In this document: in pieces, positions 56,131 through 64,000 of the stretch | Numbering within the stretch: the first letter of the stretch is position 1 | Layout of the letters: each line of letters starts with the position of its first letter | Assembly: GCA_964559125.1 (NCBI GenBank) | Contig: CAZLGW010000020.1 | Location: forward strand, 9,555-73,554 | Direction: 5' to 3' | Origin: an uncultured Cytophagales bacterium | GTDB lineage: Bacteria; Bacteroidota; Bacteroidia; Cytophagales; Spirosomataceae | Length of the DNA: 64,000 nucleotides | Notes under the pieces: generated by a model | The model's database searches: none | Told to the model about the DNA's origin: nothing | Seen by the model: only the letters and a program-made list of their open reading frames with translations | Position numbers and translations under genes: made by a program

Positions 56131-57366
56131 ATGAAAAGACTTATTTGGACTACGATGCCCGTCGCCGTATGGGCTGTAATTTCGTGCGGAACGAACCCTG
56201 AAGCCACTAATACAGTAGCAGAACCTGACAGCACCCTGGCGCCTGTGGAAACCAGGGAGGCTAATTCAGACTATAAACCGGCACTTGAAGGACAGACCAG
56301 GATAGCCGGCGTGAAAACGTCGACCCCGTATGATGTTTCGGTATTGACCAATGACCTCAAGAATCCCTGGGGCATTACAGCGCTGCCCGACGGACGGTTT
56401 ATTATCAATGAAAAGGGAGGTACCATGCGGATTGTTACGCAGGACGGGAGCCTGGGAGAGCCCATTGCGGGTGTTCCGGCAGTGGATGCCGATGGGCAGG
56501 GCGGTCTGCTGGGGATTACGCTCGACCCCGCTTTCAGCGAGAATCGCATGGTGTACTGGGTTTTTGCCGAAAAGCAGGGATCGAAAGGGAACCTGACCGC
56601 GGTAGCGAAGGGAAGGTTGTCGGATGACGAGAAAAAGCTGGAAGGGATAACGGTAATTTACAGGGCGACACCTGCCTATAAAGGACGACTCCATTACGGC
56701 GGCCGGATACTGGTTGACAAAAGCGGGAACCTGGTCGTCAGCACTGGCGAACGTTCCGACCTGGAAACCAGGCCCCAGGCACAGGATCTCAATTCGGGAC
56801 TGGGCAAAGTATTGCGTATAACAACCGATGGGAAGCCTGCCAGCGGAAATCCTTTTGAAGGACGTGCGGATGCTCGTGCAGAAATTTACTCCTACGGTCA
56901 CCGGAATGTGCAGAGCCTCGCCTTCCACCCTGTATCAGGCGACCTTTGGGAAGCCGAGTTCGGACCCAGGGGAGGGGATGAACTGAACAGGATAGAACCC
57001 GGTAAAAATTACGGCTGGCCGGTCATCACTTATGGCATCGAATACAAAGGCGGCAAAGTAGGAGACAGCATACAGGTAAAAGAAGGTATGGAGCAGCCGG
57101 TTTACTACTGGGACCCGGTACTTTCACCCAGCGGGATGACTTTTTACAGCGGCGGCAATATCCCGGAGTGGAAAAACAATCTTTTCATCGGGGGATTGAG
57201 CGGATCTCATATCGCAAGGCTCGTCATCGAAAATAACCGGGTAACAGGCGAAGAAAGGCTTTTGGCCGAAGAAAAACAGAGATTCAGGGATGTAACCGAA
57301 GGTAAGGACGGCGCCCTGTATGCTGTGACAGACGGCGGACGTCTTTATAAAATAGACAAAAAATAG
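56131..57366 (+). CDS. PQQ-dependent sugar dehydrogenase (GSDH/YliI family) lipoprotein
   Basis: Lipobox AVISC; GQGGLLGI, HYGGRI, YSYGHRNVQ, EFGPRGGDELN, NYGWP, SPSGM, RFRDV. Confidence 0.92.
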   Translation: MKRLIWTTMPVAVWAVISCGTNPEATNTVAEPDSTLAPVETREANSDYKPALEGQTRIAGVKTSTPYDVSVLTNDLKNPWGITALPDGRFIINEKGGTMRIVTQDGSLGEPIAGVPAVDADGQGGLLGITLDPAFSENRMVYWVFAEKQGSKGNLTAVAKGRLSDDEKKLEGITVIYRATPAYKGRLHYGGRILVDKSGNLVVSTGERSDLETRPQAQDLNSGLGKVLRITTDGKPASGNPFEGRADARAEIYSYGHRNVQSLAFHPVSGDLWEAEFGPRGGDELNRIEPGKNYGWPVITYGIEYKGGKVGDSIQVKEGMEQPVYYWDPVLSPSGMTFYSGGNIPEWKNNLFIGGLSGSHIARLVIENNRVTGEERLLAEEKQRFRDVTEGKDGALYAVTDGGRLYKIDKK

Positions 57367-57376
57367 GATGAATAAG

Positions 57377-57394
57377 ACCGGGCTTCAGCCCGGT
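57377..57394 (+). terminator. Hairpin after the GSDH gene
   Basis: ACCGGGC-TTCA-GCCCGGT; no clear U-tail. Confidence 0.45.
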
Positions 57395-57400
57395 TCAGAT

Positions 57401-57507
57401 AAAAATGGTCTACCGTAAGTACAGTAGACCATTTCGTGTAAACCCTCCTCTATCTGTGATTGCTGGTTTGTTTCTGACTGAGTTGCCAGGTGAACAAACC
57501 TCACACT
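57401..57507 (-). ncRNA. Probable Bacteroidota 6S RNA (6S-Flavo-like) with own promoter and terminator
   Basis: -7 box TATCTTTG at 57516-57509; bulged hairpin TGTGA+GGTTTGTT / AACAAACC+TCACA (57505-57455); then GATAGAGGAGGGTTT; 11-bp terminator AAATGGTCTAC / GTAGACCATTT with U5. Similarity to Bacteroides 6S is from memory, not from a search. Confidence 0.55.
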
Positions 57508-57603
57508 TCAAAGATAGTATTAAAAATATTCCAAAGAAAACGAGAATTGTTAATCGGCTGAAAATCAAGCCTAAAAAAAGCTCAAAAAAGAGTCAAAAAA
57601 AAG

Positions 57604-57670
57604 AGTTGTGGTATTTCGTGTATCGAAATCCTCAGTATTGGTGCCCTATTAGTCACCATATACCACAACT
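57604..57670. other. Three-way-junction inverted-repeat element
   Basis: 11-bp outer stem AGTTGTGGTAT / ATACCACAACT enclosing two inner hairpins; U8 run follows on the minus strand. Confidence 0.5.
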
Positions 57671-57770
57671 TGGACATAGCCAGTTGAGCGATGCAGGTGG
57701 ACTTCTGCAGTTTCCCGCCCGGACGATACTACTCCTTAATATTAAATAATGTTAAAACTCTTTTTCGCTT

Positions 57771-57790
57771 AAAACTAAATATTTAGTTTT
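57771..57790. promoter_or_regulatory. Perfect 20-bp palindrome, candidate operator
   Basis: AAAACTAAATATTTAGTTTT, 105 nt upstream of the beta-barrel gene. Confidence 0.5.
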
Positions 57791-57895
57791 GTTCCGGGAG
57801 TAGTTCGACAGGAAAAACAATCCGGATTTCGTATGCAACCTATTCGGGATATTGTCCGTCTTTAATTTGATTTCGTATATTACTAACTGTTAACC

Positions 57896-60694
57896 ATGAA
57901 AAAAAGTCTTCTGCTGTTTTTCCTGATCTTCTTTTACAAAGCTCAGGCTCAGAGTGATAGGTATTCGATTACGGCGACTGTAGCCGATACGCTCGGAGAG
58001 GAGCTGCCTTTTGCAACGATCATGTTGCTTAACCCGGTAGACTCGGCCCTTATTACATACGGAAGGACCACCGATAAAGGACTACTGGAATTCAAGAATC
58101 TGAGACGGAATACTTATTTGCTGAAAGTCAATTATGTAGGATATCTGCCGTTCCAGCAGGAGGTGAATCCTCCTGCGTCAGGATCGGTAGCAGACCTGGG
58201 TACGATCAGGATGAAGCTTTTGAACAAGGACCTGATGGAGGTTGTAGTCAAAACGGCAAGAGCGCCGCTGAGCATAAGAGGAGATACGGTCGAATACAAC
58301 GCTTCGTCTTTCAAAGTTCCTCCGGGCTCGACAGTAGAGGATCTTTTAAGGAGGCTGCCGGGAGTACAGGTCGACCAGGAGGGGAATATAAAGGCGCAGG
58401 GTCAGGATGTGAAAAGGGTAACTGTCGATGGCAAGCGTTTTTTCGGAGATGATCCGAAAGCTGCTACGCGGAACCTGCCTGCCGAAGCCATCACAAAAGT
58501 TCAGGTTTTCGATTCAAAAACCGATCAGGCCAGGCTGACGGGTGTTGACGACGGAACCCGTGAGAAAACCGTTAACCTCGAGCTGAAAGAAAGCCACAGA
58601 AAAGGCGGATTCGGAAAAGCAACGGTGGGATTGGGTACCGACAAAAGAGCCATGGGAAAGGTAAACTATAATAAATTCGACAGCAAGAACCAGCTTGCCG
58701 TTATAGGGATGGGCAACAACGTGAACCAAACGGGAATATCGCGCGATGACTACCAGGACTTCAGAGGAAGCCAGTCGTTTACCTGGAGCGGAGGCGATTT
58801 TGGTTTCGGTGGAGGCTGGGACGGATACGACTCCGGTATCAATGTAGATTGGGGAGGCAACCGCGAAAGGGGGTATTCCGAAAACTGGGCCGGTGGGGTG
58901 AACTATAACTATGAAACAAAGAAAACAAAGTTCAGTACATATTATTATTACAACCAGACCAGGCAAACGTTGGATGCCTTTACGAAAAAGGATAATTTTC
59001 TGAATCAATCAAGCTATTTGTCTGAAGATCAAAATAGTACGATCAATCTTAACCGGAATCACCGGACTTCCATCCGTTTTGAAAAGGAGCTGGATTCGCT
59101 TAACACCATCGTAATTGAAAACCAGATACGGATAGGCAACGGGGATAACCGGATGAACGGAGTGCAGAGATATTACCCGGGCGGGAACAGGCTTGGAACT
59201 TATTCGGAGAGAAACAACCTGAGCGATTTCAATTCATTCATGATCAATACCCAATTGCTGTATAACAGGAAATTCCGGAAAAAAGGACGAAGCTGGGCTT
59301 TCAGCGCGCAGCATAATTCGAACAACAATTCGAACCTGGCCGACGTTATTTCGAACAATACATTTTACGGCAGCGCAGCCGACGGCGGGGATTCGCTGTA
59401 TTTGCTTAACCAGCACAACGACACCCGGAGCCTGAATAACCAGTTCAAAGGCGGTACTCAGTATGTGGAACCGATTGGAAAAAGAATGTTTCTGGAAACC
59501 TTTTACAACTTCTCCGTTTCGAGATCGGATGTAGAGAGGGAAGTTTTCGATAAGGGCGATAACGGCCGGGTACCGAACGATTTTCTTACCCGGGCCTACT
59601 CCAATAGCTTTTATTCGAACAGGGGAGGGAGCCGCCTGAGGTACACTTATCAGGGATTTAACCTGAGCGTAGGCCTTGCAGCGCAGCATTTCGGTCTGAA
59701 CGGCGATTTTTCAAGGATCAGCCAGTCGGTAGCAAGCAGCCTCCATAAATCGTATTTCGGCTGGATACCCAACTTTTCGGTCAGCCACCAGTTTACCCGT
59801 AATATGCGCGGCAATATAAGCTACAATCCCTACATGCAGCTGCCTAATATCACAGACCTGCAGCCTTTTGTCGATAATAGCAATCCTATTTTTATCAGGG
59901 AGGGTAACCCCGATCTGTTGCCGGAGATGAACCACAGTGTTTATGGCGGTTTCAATTATTTTAATTCGGGCTCTTTTTTCAGTATTGGTATCTGGGCAAA
60001 CTACAACTACCGGCATAACCAGGTGATCTATGCGCAAACCGTAGATGAGAACCTGGTGACTTATACCAAGCCCGTCAACGTTTCGGGCGGACGCCGGGCG
60101 AGCAGCAATGTATACAGCTCGATCCCCATCGTGAAAACCAAGCTCAATTTCCGGGTCGATGCAGGGATAAACAGCACCTTTGCCCTGACCCCGATCAACG
60201 GGGTGGACAACGAAACCCGCACGTTCGGTGTTCCGTTCAGGATAGGGCTCGATGTGACGCCAAGCCAGAATTTTACCTTCTATCCCAGTGCGCGTTGGGA
60301 TATCAGCAACACAAAGTACTCGATCAGCACTTCTCAGAACCAGCGGATCGCGAACATAACCTATAGCGGGGAGATGAACTGGAAGCTACCGGCTCAGATA
60401 TACCTTAACGGCGCTCTGAACTACCATATTTATAAGAACCCGCGCCAGGGATTTTATCTGGATCAGCCGATCCTGAACCTTGCCCTGTACAAGCTGATCC
60501 TGAAAAACAACCGTGCCGAGATAAGGCTAAGTGCCTTCGACGTGCTTAACCGCAATCAGGGTGTACGGGTTTATGCTTCCCAGAACTTTGTTTCGCGCGA
60601 GCAGGTCCAGACGCTCGGAAGATATTTTATGCTGGGCTTTACGTACAATATGCGTGGTATTGCCGCCAAAATGCAGCGTTCTAATTATTATTAA
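57896..60694 (+). CDS. Outer-membrane beta-barrel protein, TonB-dependent-receptor-like (carboxypeptidase-regulatory-like N-domain, plug, barrel)
   Basis: Signal peptide; GDTVEYNASSFK...VEDLLRRLPGV...VTVDGKRFFGDDP plug; terminal GRYFMLGFTYN. Confidence 0.88.
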   Translation: MKKSLLLFFLIFFYKAQAQSDRYSITATVADTLGEELPFATIMLLNPVDSALITYGRTTDKGLLEFKNLRRNTYLLKVNYVGYLPFQQEVNPPASGSVADLGTIRMKLLNKDLMEVVVKTARAPLSIRGDTVEYNASSFKVPPGSTVEDLLRRLPGVQVDQEGNIKAQGQDVKRVTVDGKRFFGDDPKAATRNLPAEAITKVQVFDSKTDQARLTGVDDGTREKTVNLELKESHRKGGFGKATVGLGTDKRAMGKVNYNKFDSKNQLAVIGMGNNVNQTGISRDDYQDFRGSQSFTWSGGDFGFGGGWDGYDSGINVDWGGNRERGYSENWAGGVNYNYETKKTKFSTYYYYNQTRQTLDAFTKKDNFLNQSSYLSEDQNSTINLNRNHRTSIRFEKELDSLNTIVIENQIRIGNGDNRMNGVQRYYPGGNRLGTYSERNNLSDFNSFMINTQLLYNRKFRKKGRSWAFSAQHNSNNNSNLADVISNNTFYGSAADGGDSLYLLNQHNDTRSLNNQFKGGTQYVEPIGKRMFLETFYNFSVSRSDVEREVFDKGDNGRVPNDFLTRAYSNSFYSNRGGSRLRYTYQGFNLSVGLAAQHFGLNGDFSRISQSVASSLHKSYFGWIPNFSVSHQFTRNMRGNISYNPYMQLPNITDLQPFVDNSNPIFIREGNPDLLPEMNHSVYGGFNYFNSGSFFSIGIWANYNYRHNQVIYAQTVDENLVTYTKPVNVSGGRRASSNVYSSIPIVKTKLNFRVDAGINSTFALTPINGVDNETRTFGVPFRIGLDVTPSQNFTFYPSARWDISNTKYSISTSQNQRIANITYSGEMNWKLPAQIYLNGALNYHIYKNPRQGFYLDQPILNLALYKLILKNNRAEIRLSAFDVLNRNQGVRVYASQNFVSREQVQTLGRYFMLGFTYNMRGIAAKMQRSNYY

Positions 60695-60700
60695 CCAATA

Positions 60701-60784
60701 GCCATGAGCTATCAGCAATCAGCCGTCTGCACGCGTTGGCACGTAAAGCGGTAAGCTGATAGCTGACAGCTGAAGGCTGATAGC
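60701..60784. repeat. Inverted array of GCTGAYA-type heptamers
   Basis: GCCATGA GCTATCA GCAATCA (60701-60721) opposite GCTGATA GCTGACA GCTGAAG GCTGATA (60755-60782). Confidence 0.75.
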
Positions 60785-60795
60785 TTTTATACATA

Positions 60796-61551
60796 ATGAA
60801 ACTATTCAGATTTATAGCCATACTGGTTTTGTTAATTCCCGCCGGGAGGGCTTTCGCCCAGTTGGCAGAAGGCGAGATTATCTACGAAGAGATTATGCAC
60901 TGGAGCCGGATCGCTTCCCGGCTGGACTTTTTGAGCCAGGAAGAAAAAGACCGGATGAAGCTCACCTGGGCAAACTGGGATGAAGAAAAGATAGACAAAA
61001 AGCTGGTATTTAACGGACAGGCAAGCTTATATACTTTCGCGTCGAAGCAGCGGGAGTACGCTGACGGGAAATATACACAGAAGAACCCGGAATACACGAT
61101 GTACCGTGATTTTGTAAAGAATCGCCAGAGCGACTGGATCGAGATGCTCGGGCGGGTATACCATATAGAGGATTCGATCCGGGCACCCAAATGGAAAATA
61201 ATGAATAAAATAAAAGATATTCAGGGGCATATATGCATGATGGCGGTAACCGAGGATACCGTCAAAAAGCAGAGTATCACGGCCTGGTTTGCCGACGACA
61301 TCCCGGTGTCGGTGGGGCCGGGTTTCTATTTCGGGTTGCCGGGGGCCATACTTGAACTGGAGATCAACGACGGAGATGTCGTTATATCGGCCAAGAAAAT
61401 AGAATTAAAGCCGGTGGGAGATGAAATACAGCCCTCCAGGAAGCTTAAAGGCCGTAAGATAGATCTCAAAGCTTACGATACACTGCTTTCGAAGCATTTT
61501 TCCGACAGCATGAAATCGAGGCGTAACCCTTACTGGTCTCTTCCGTTTTAA
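60796..61551 (+). CDS. GLPGLI family secreted protein
   Basis: Signal peptide; WKIMNKIKDIQGHICMMA, AWFADDIPVSVGP..YFGLPGAILEL. Confidence 0.9.
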   Translation: MKLFRFIAILVLLIPAGRAFAQLAEGEIIYEEIMHWSRIASRLDFLSQEEKDRMKLTWANWDEEKIDKKLVFNGQASLYTFASKQREYADGKYTQKNPEYTMYRDFVKNRQSDWIEMLGRVYHIEDSIRAPKWKIMNKIKDIQGHICMMAVTEDTVKKQSITAWFADDIPVSVGPGFYFGLPGAILELEINDGDVVISAKKIELKPVGDEIQPSRKLKGRKIDLKAYDTLLSKHFSDSMKSRRNPYWSLPF

Positions 61552-61777
61552 ACCCTTATCCATCCCCGCCATGTACCTGTGAAAAAAATGGCGGTATGAT
61601 ATGCCTGATCCGCGACAATTTTCGTTGATGAAAAAAGGTATTCCTGCCCCGGGGAGCCCTCTAAACGATGCTATCTTCCTAGCCCTGAAACGGGCGGCGG
61701 ACAGTTCCGGTACTTTCCGCTGGCAGAATATTGTTAATATTTCTGAATGAATTTCCTGGTTTATAGGTCGGGATGTT

Positions 61778-61798
61778 TATCTTTGTGCTTTACATTTG
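61778..61798 (+). promoter_or_regulatory. Two tandem -7 boxes upstream of the OmpA/MotB-like gene
   Basis: TATCTTTG (61778-61785) and TACATTTG (61791-61798). Confidence 0.5.
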
Positions 61799-61901
61799 CA
61801 ATTGGATAAAACTATTTGAGTAGTCAGACGGGTTTTGGCTAAAAGTATCATTTAATTTAAACCTCTTTGTAACATTAAAAGCTTTAATCTTGAGAAAATT
61901 T

Positions 61902-62792
61902 ATGCGTAGTATTCTAGTAGCAGTTGTAGCTGTGTTTATGTTGGGTTCTTGCGTCAGCAAGAAAAAAGCTCTTTCATTGGAGAATGAGAAGAGTGAACTT
62001 CAGGCTGCACTTGACAAAGCCAGGACGGCTTTAAGCGATTGTGACACCAGGGCAACCAACCTGTCCTCTGAGTTAAAGAAAAAAACCGACGAGGTAGAAG
62101 CAAGGAATCGTCGTGTGAAAGAACTGGAAGAGCAGATAGACTTCCTCAAGCAGCAGAACCTCCAGGTATTGGATCGTTTCTCAGACCTGTCTATCGTAAC
62201 CAAAGCAGGTGCTGAAAGTATCAAGAAGTCGATGGAGACTTTGAACCAGCAGGGAAGATATATCCAGGATCTTAACCGCCAGATCCAGCAGAAAGATTCT
62301 CTGAACATGGTGCTGGTAAACAACCTGAAGCGTTCTCTGTCCGGAGTTAGCGAAGACGACGTCCAGATTGAAGTGAAAAAAGGTGTTGTTTACGTTTCAC
62401 TTTCCGACAAAATGCTGTTCCGTTCAGGAAGCTCCATCATCAACTCACAGGCTGAAGGTGTAGTAGGTAACGTAGCTAAAATTCTCAATGACTATAAGCA
62501 GATCGAAATCCTGGTGGAAGGCCATACAGACAACGTACCGTTCTCCAGCGAAAACCTGATAGACAACTGGGATTTGAGTGTGAAGCGCGCTACTTCAGTG
62601 GTTCGTCTTCTTCAAAAGAAATATGGAGTTGATCCTGATCGTCTGACAGCCGGTGGTCGTGGAGAATATGCTCCTAAGGCCGGTAACTCGACAAGTGCTG
62701 ACAGAGCTCTGAACCGCAGGACAGAGATCATCATTACTCCGAAGATCGATCAGTACTTCAACCTGTATACTGATCCTGATCAGAACAAATAA
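61902..62792 (+). CDS. OmpA/MotB C-terminal-domain lipoprotein with long coiled coil
   Basis: Lipobox LGSC; heptad region; LSDKMLFRSGS, VEGHTDN, NWDLSVKRATSV, NRRTEIII; ATG at 61902 (track uses TTG at 61890). Confidence 0.88.
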   Translation: MRSILVAVVAVFMLGSCVSKKKALSLENEKSELQAALDKARTALSDCDTRATNLSSELKKKTDEVEARNRRVKELEEQIDFLKQQNLQVLDRFSDLSIVTKAGAESIKKSMETLNQQGRYIQDLNRQIQQKDSLNMVLVNNLKRSLSGVSEDDVQIEVKKGVVYVSLSDKMLFRSGSSIINSQAEGVVGNVAKILNDYKQIEILVEGHTDNVPFSSENLIDNWDLSVKRATSVVRLLQKKYGVDPDRLTAGGRGEYAPKAGNSTSADRALNRRTEIIITPKIDQYFNLYTDPDQNK

Positions 62793-62816
62793 TAAACCGG
62801 ATACGAGAGGTAAAAT

Positions 62817-62855
62817 AAAAAAAGCGTGGGTGGCTCAGCTACCCACGCTTTTTTT
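62817..62855. terminator. Bidirectional intrinsic terminator
   Basis: A7-GCGTGGGTGGC-TCA-GCTACCCACGC-T-run. Confidence 0.88.
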
Positions 62856-62985
62856 ATTTTACCTCAGCCAAAAGAGAAAGCGCGTTTTTGCAGGAAAAAA
62901 TCTAAGAAATACACTTTCTGATCGGGCATATATTGCTATATTTGGGATGCCCGAAAGTATCAGCAGGTTCACCGGCTTTTATATT

Positions 62986-63717
62986 TTGACACAGGATATT
63001 GCACATAATCTTAAGGTTATTCATCATCGTATGGAGCTGGCCTGCCGGAATAGCGGCAGACCGGTCGATGCCGTGAGGTTATTGCTTGCCACAAAAACAG
63101 TTCCGGAAGAGAAGTTGCGTTATGCCGCTTCGCAGGGCGAGTTGCTGTTTGGAGAAAATCGTGTACAGGATGGAACCCGTATGGCGGAAAAAATTGCGGA
63201 CCTGCCTGTAGAGTGGCATTTTATCGGTCATTTACAGACCAATAAAATCAAGGAGGTGCTCCGGTGGGCTACCTGTATCCAGTCGGTTGACAGGCTCGAT
63301 CTGGTGGAGAAGCTTGATCAGCGCCTTCAATTCGAACAGAAGAGCATAGATGTGTTTTTACAGGTTAATACCTCTTACGAGGCGAGCAAGTTTGGCGTAG
63401 CTCCTGAATCTGCGGTTGAACTTGCAAAATCAATAAGGAAATACGATACGCTCAACCTGAAAGGGCTGATGACCATCGGCCTGTTTTCTGAGGAGGCAGA
63501 AAAAGTGAGAAAGTGTTTCCGGCTGCTGAAATCTCTCCGGGACGAAATCCTGGAAATGGGCTACGACAGCCTGGAGCTGTCGATGGGTATGAGTGGAGAC
63601 CTGGAAGTAGCGATCGAGGAGGGGGCTACCATCGTGAGGGTAGGAACCGCGATCTTCGGCCCGAGGGTTTACCCGGATTCGTATTATTGGAATGAAAACC
63701 AAACAGAAAAAATATAG
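62986..63717 (+). CDS. yggS: PLP homeostasis protein (YggS/PROSC family)
   Basis: LLATKT, FGENRVQD, WHFIGHLQTNK, LQVNTS.E.SKFG, GLMTIG, LSMGMSGD, VRVGTAIFG. TTG at 62986 preferred: the track's start lies inside the terminator and a -7 box (TATATTTG, 62937-62944) abuts the ATG at 62947. Confidence 0.9.
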   Translation: MTQDIAHNLKVIHHRMELACRNSGRPVDAVRLLLATKTVPEEKLRYAASQGELLFGENRVQDGTRMAEKIADLPVEWHFIGHLQTNKIKEVLRWATCIQSVDRLDLVEKLDQRLQFEQKSIDVFLQVNTSYEASKFGVAPESAVELAKSIRKYDTLNLKGLMTIGLFSEEAEKVRKCFRLLKSLRDEILEMGYDSLELSMGMSGDLEVAIEEGATIVRVGTAIFGPRVYPDSYYWNENQTEKI

Positions 63718-63799
63718 TTGCCTGACAATAACTTACATTCATTACTTAACCGTCGAACTTTCTTTAATAAACTTTAATCTTCATAGCTGATATAATATT

Positions 63800-64000
63800 A
63801 TGTCTGATCATAAAGCGGAAATAATTCTTGACGATAAAAAGTACGAGTTTCCTACCCTTGAGGGATCTGAAGGTGAAAAAGCCCTGGATATCGGTAAGCT
63901 CAGAGATCTGACCGGCTACATCACGCTCGACAGCGGCTACAAAAACACGGGTGCTACCAAAAGCGGCATCACGTTCCTGGACGGAGAAAAAGGAATTCTC
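63800..64000 (+). CDS. gltA: Citrate synthase, 5' part; runs off the window
   Basis: Manual translation MSDHKAEIILDDKKYEFPTLEGSEGEKALDIGKLRDLTGYITLDSGYKNTGATKSGITFLDGEKGIL. Confidence 0.93.
   Translation, partial: MSDHKAEIILDDKKYEFPTLEGSEGEKALDIGKLRDLTGYITLDSGYKNTGATKSGITFLDGEKGIL

Noticed and set aside
57604-57670. Possible type III hammerhead ribozyme (CUGAGGA, GAAA, AUA triplet and a perfect stem III on the minus strand)
   Set aside because: Stem II cannot form (U/C at the closing position, no pairing) and three extra nucleotides separate stem I from CUGA; kept only as a generic structured element
57405-57749. 114-aa plus-strand ORF in the large intergenic gap
   Set aside because: Its Lys-rich stretch comes from A-tracts, it starts inside a terminator stem and it overlaps a better-supported minus-strand RNA gene
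62830-62985. N-terminal extension of YggS in the ORF track
   Set aside because: Starts inside the intrinsic terminator and upstream of the -7 box; similarity to YggS begins near 62986
1-64000. CRISPR arrays, tRNA/rRNA, IS elements, prophage or anti-phage defence island
   Set aside because: No regularly spaced 25-45 bp repeats, no tRNA or rRNA signatures, and no transposase, integrase or phage proteins; yefM-yoeB is the only defence-like module

Overview
A 64 kb stretch of a Bacteroidota chromosome, probably Cytophagales (Spirosomaceae-like). This is inferred from SusC/SusD pairs, ECF/FecR pairs, TAnnTTTG -7 promoter boxes and GLPGLI/DUF1080/ThuA proteins. I saw no tRNA, rRNA, CRISPR array, transposase, integrase or phage gene. 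The left 28 kb is almost all minus strand and holds two tandem ECF sigma-FecR-SusC-SusD loci. Locus 1 carries a GMC oxidoreductase / gluconate-DH-subunit-3 / DUF1080 redox module plus several deacylase-like enzymes, and is interrupted by an oppositely oriented yefM-yoeB toxin-antitoxin pair. Locus 2 carries a Tat-exported class V PLP enzyme. The middle (30.7-41.1 kb) is a cell-envelope modification cluster: MsbA-like ABC transporter, orphan transketolase C-half, GT-C-like membrane protein, acyltransferase-3, GT2, a large hypothetical protein and an SGNH/AlgJ-like protein. The right part is mostly housekeeping (recX, M17 aminopeptidase, nrdB, menB, wcaJ-like, yggS, start of gltA) plus an outer-membrane beta-barrel + GLPGLI gene pair. 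The strongest sequence-level observations are four. (1) A decayed 75-nt duplicate of the fecR 5' end marks where an unknown beta-propeller hydrolase gene sits between an ECF sigma and its anti-sigma. (2) A self-contained structured sRNA candidate lies at about 28.2 kb. (3) A probable 6S-Flavo RNA and a second structured element lie at 57.4-57.7 kb. (4) Locus 1 lacks any recognisable classical glycoside hydrolase. All functional calls come from motif recognition by eye; no searches were run.
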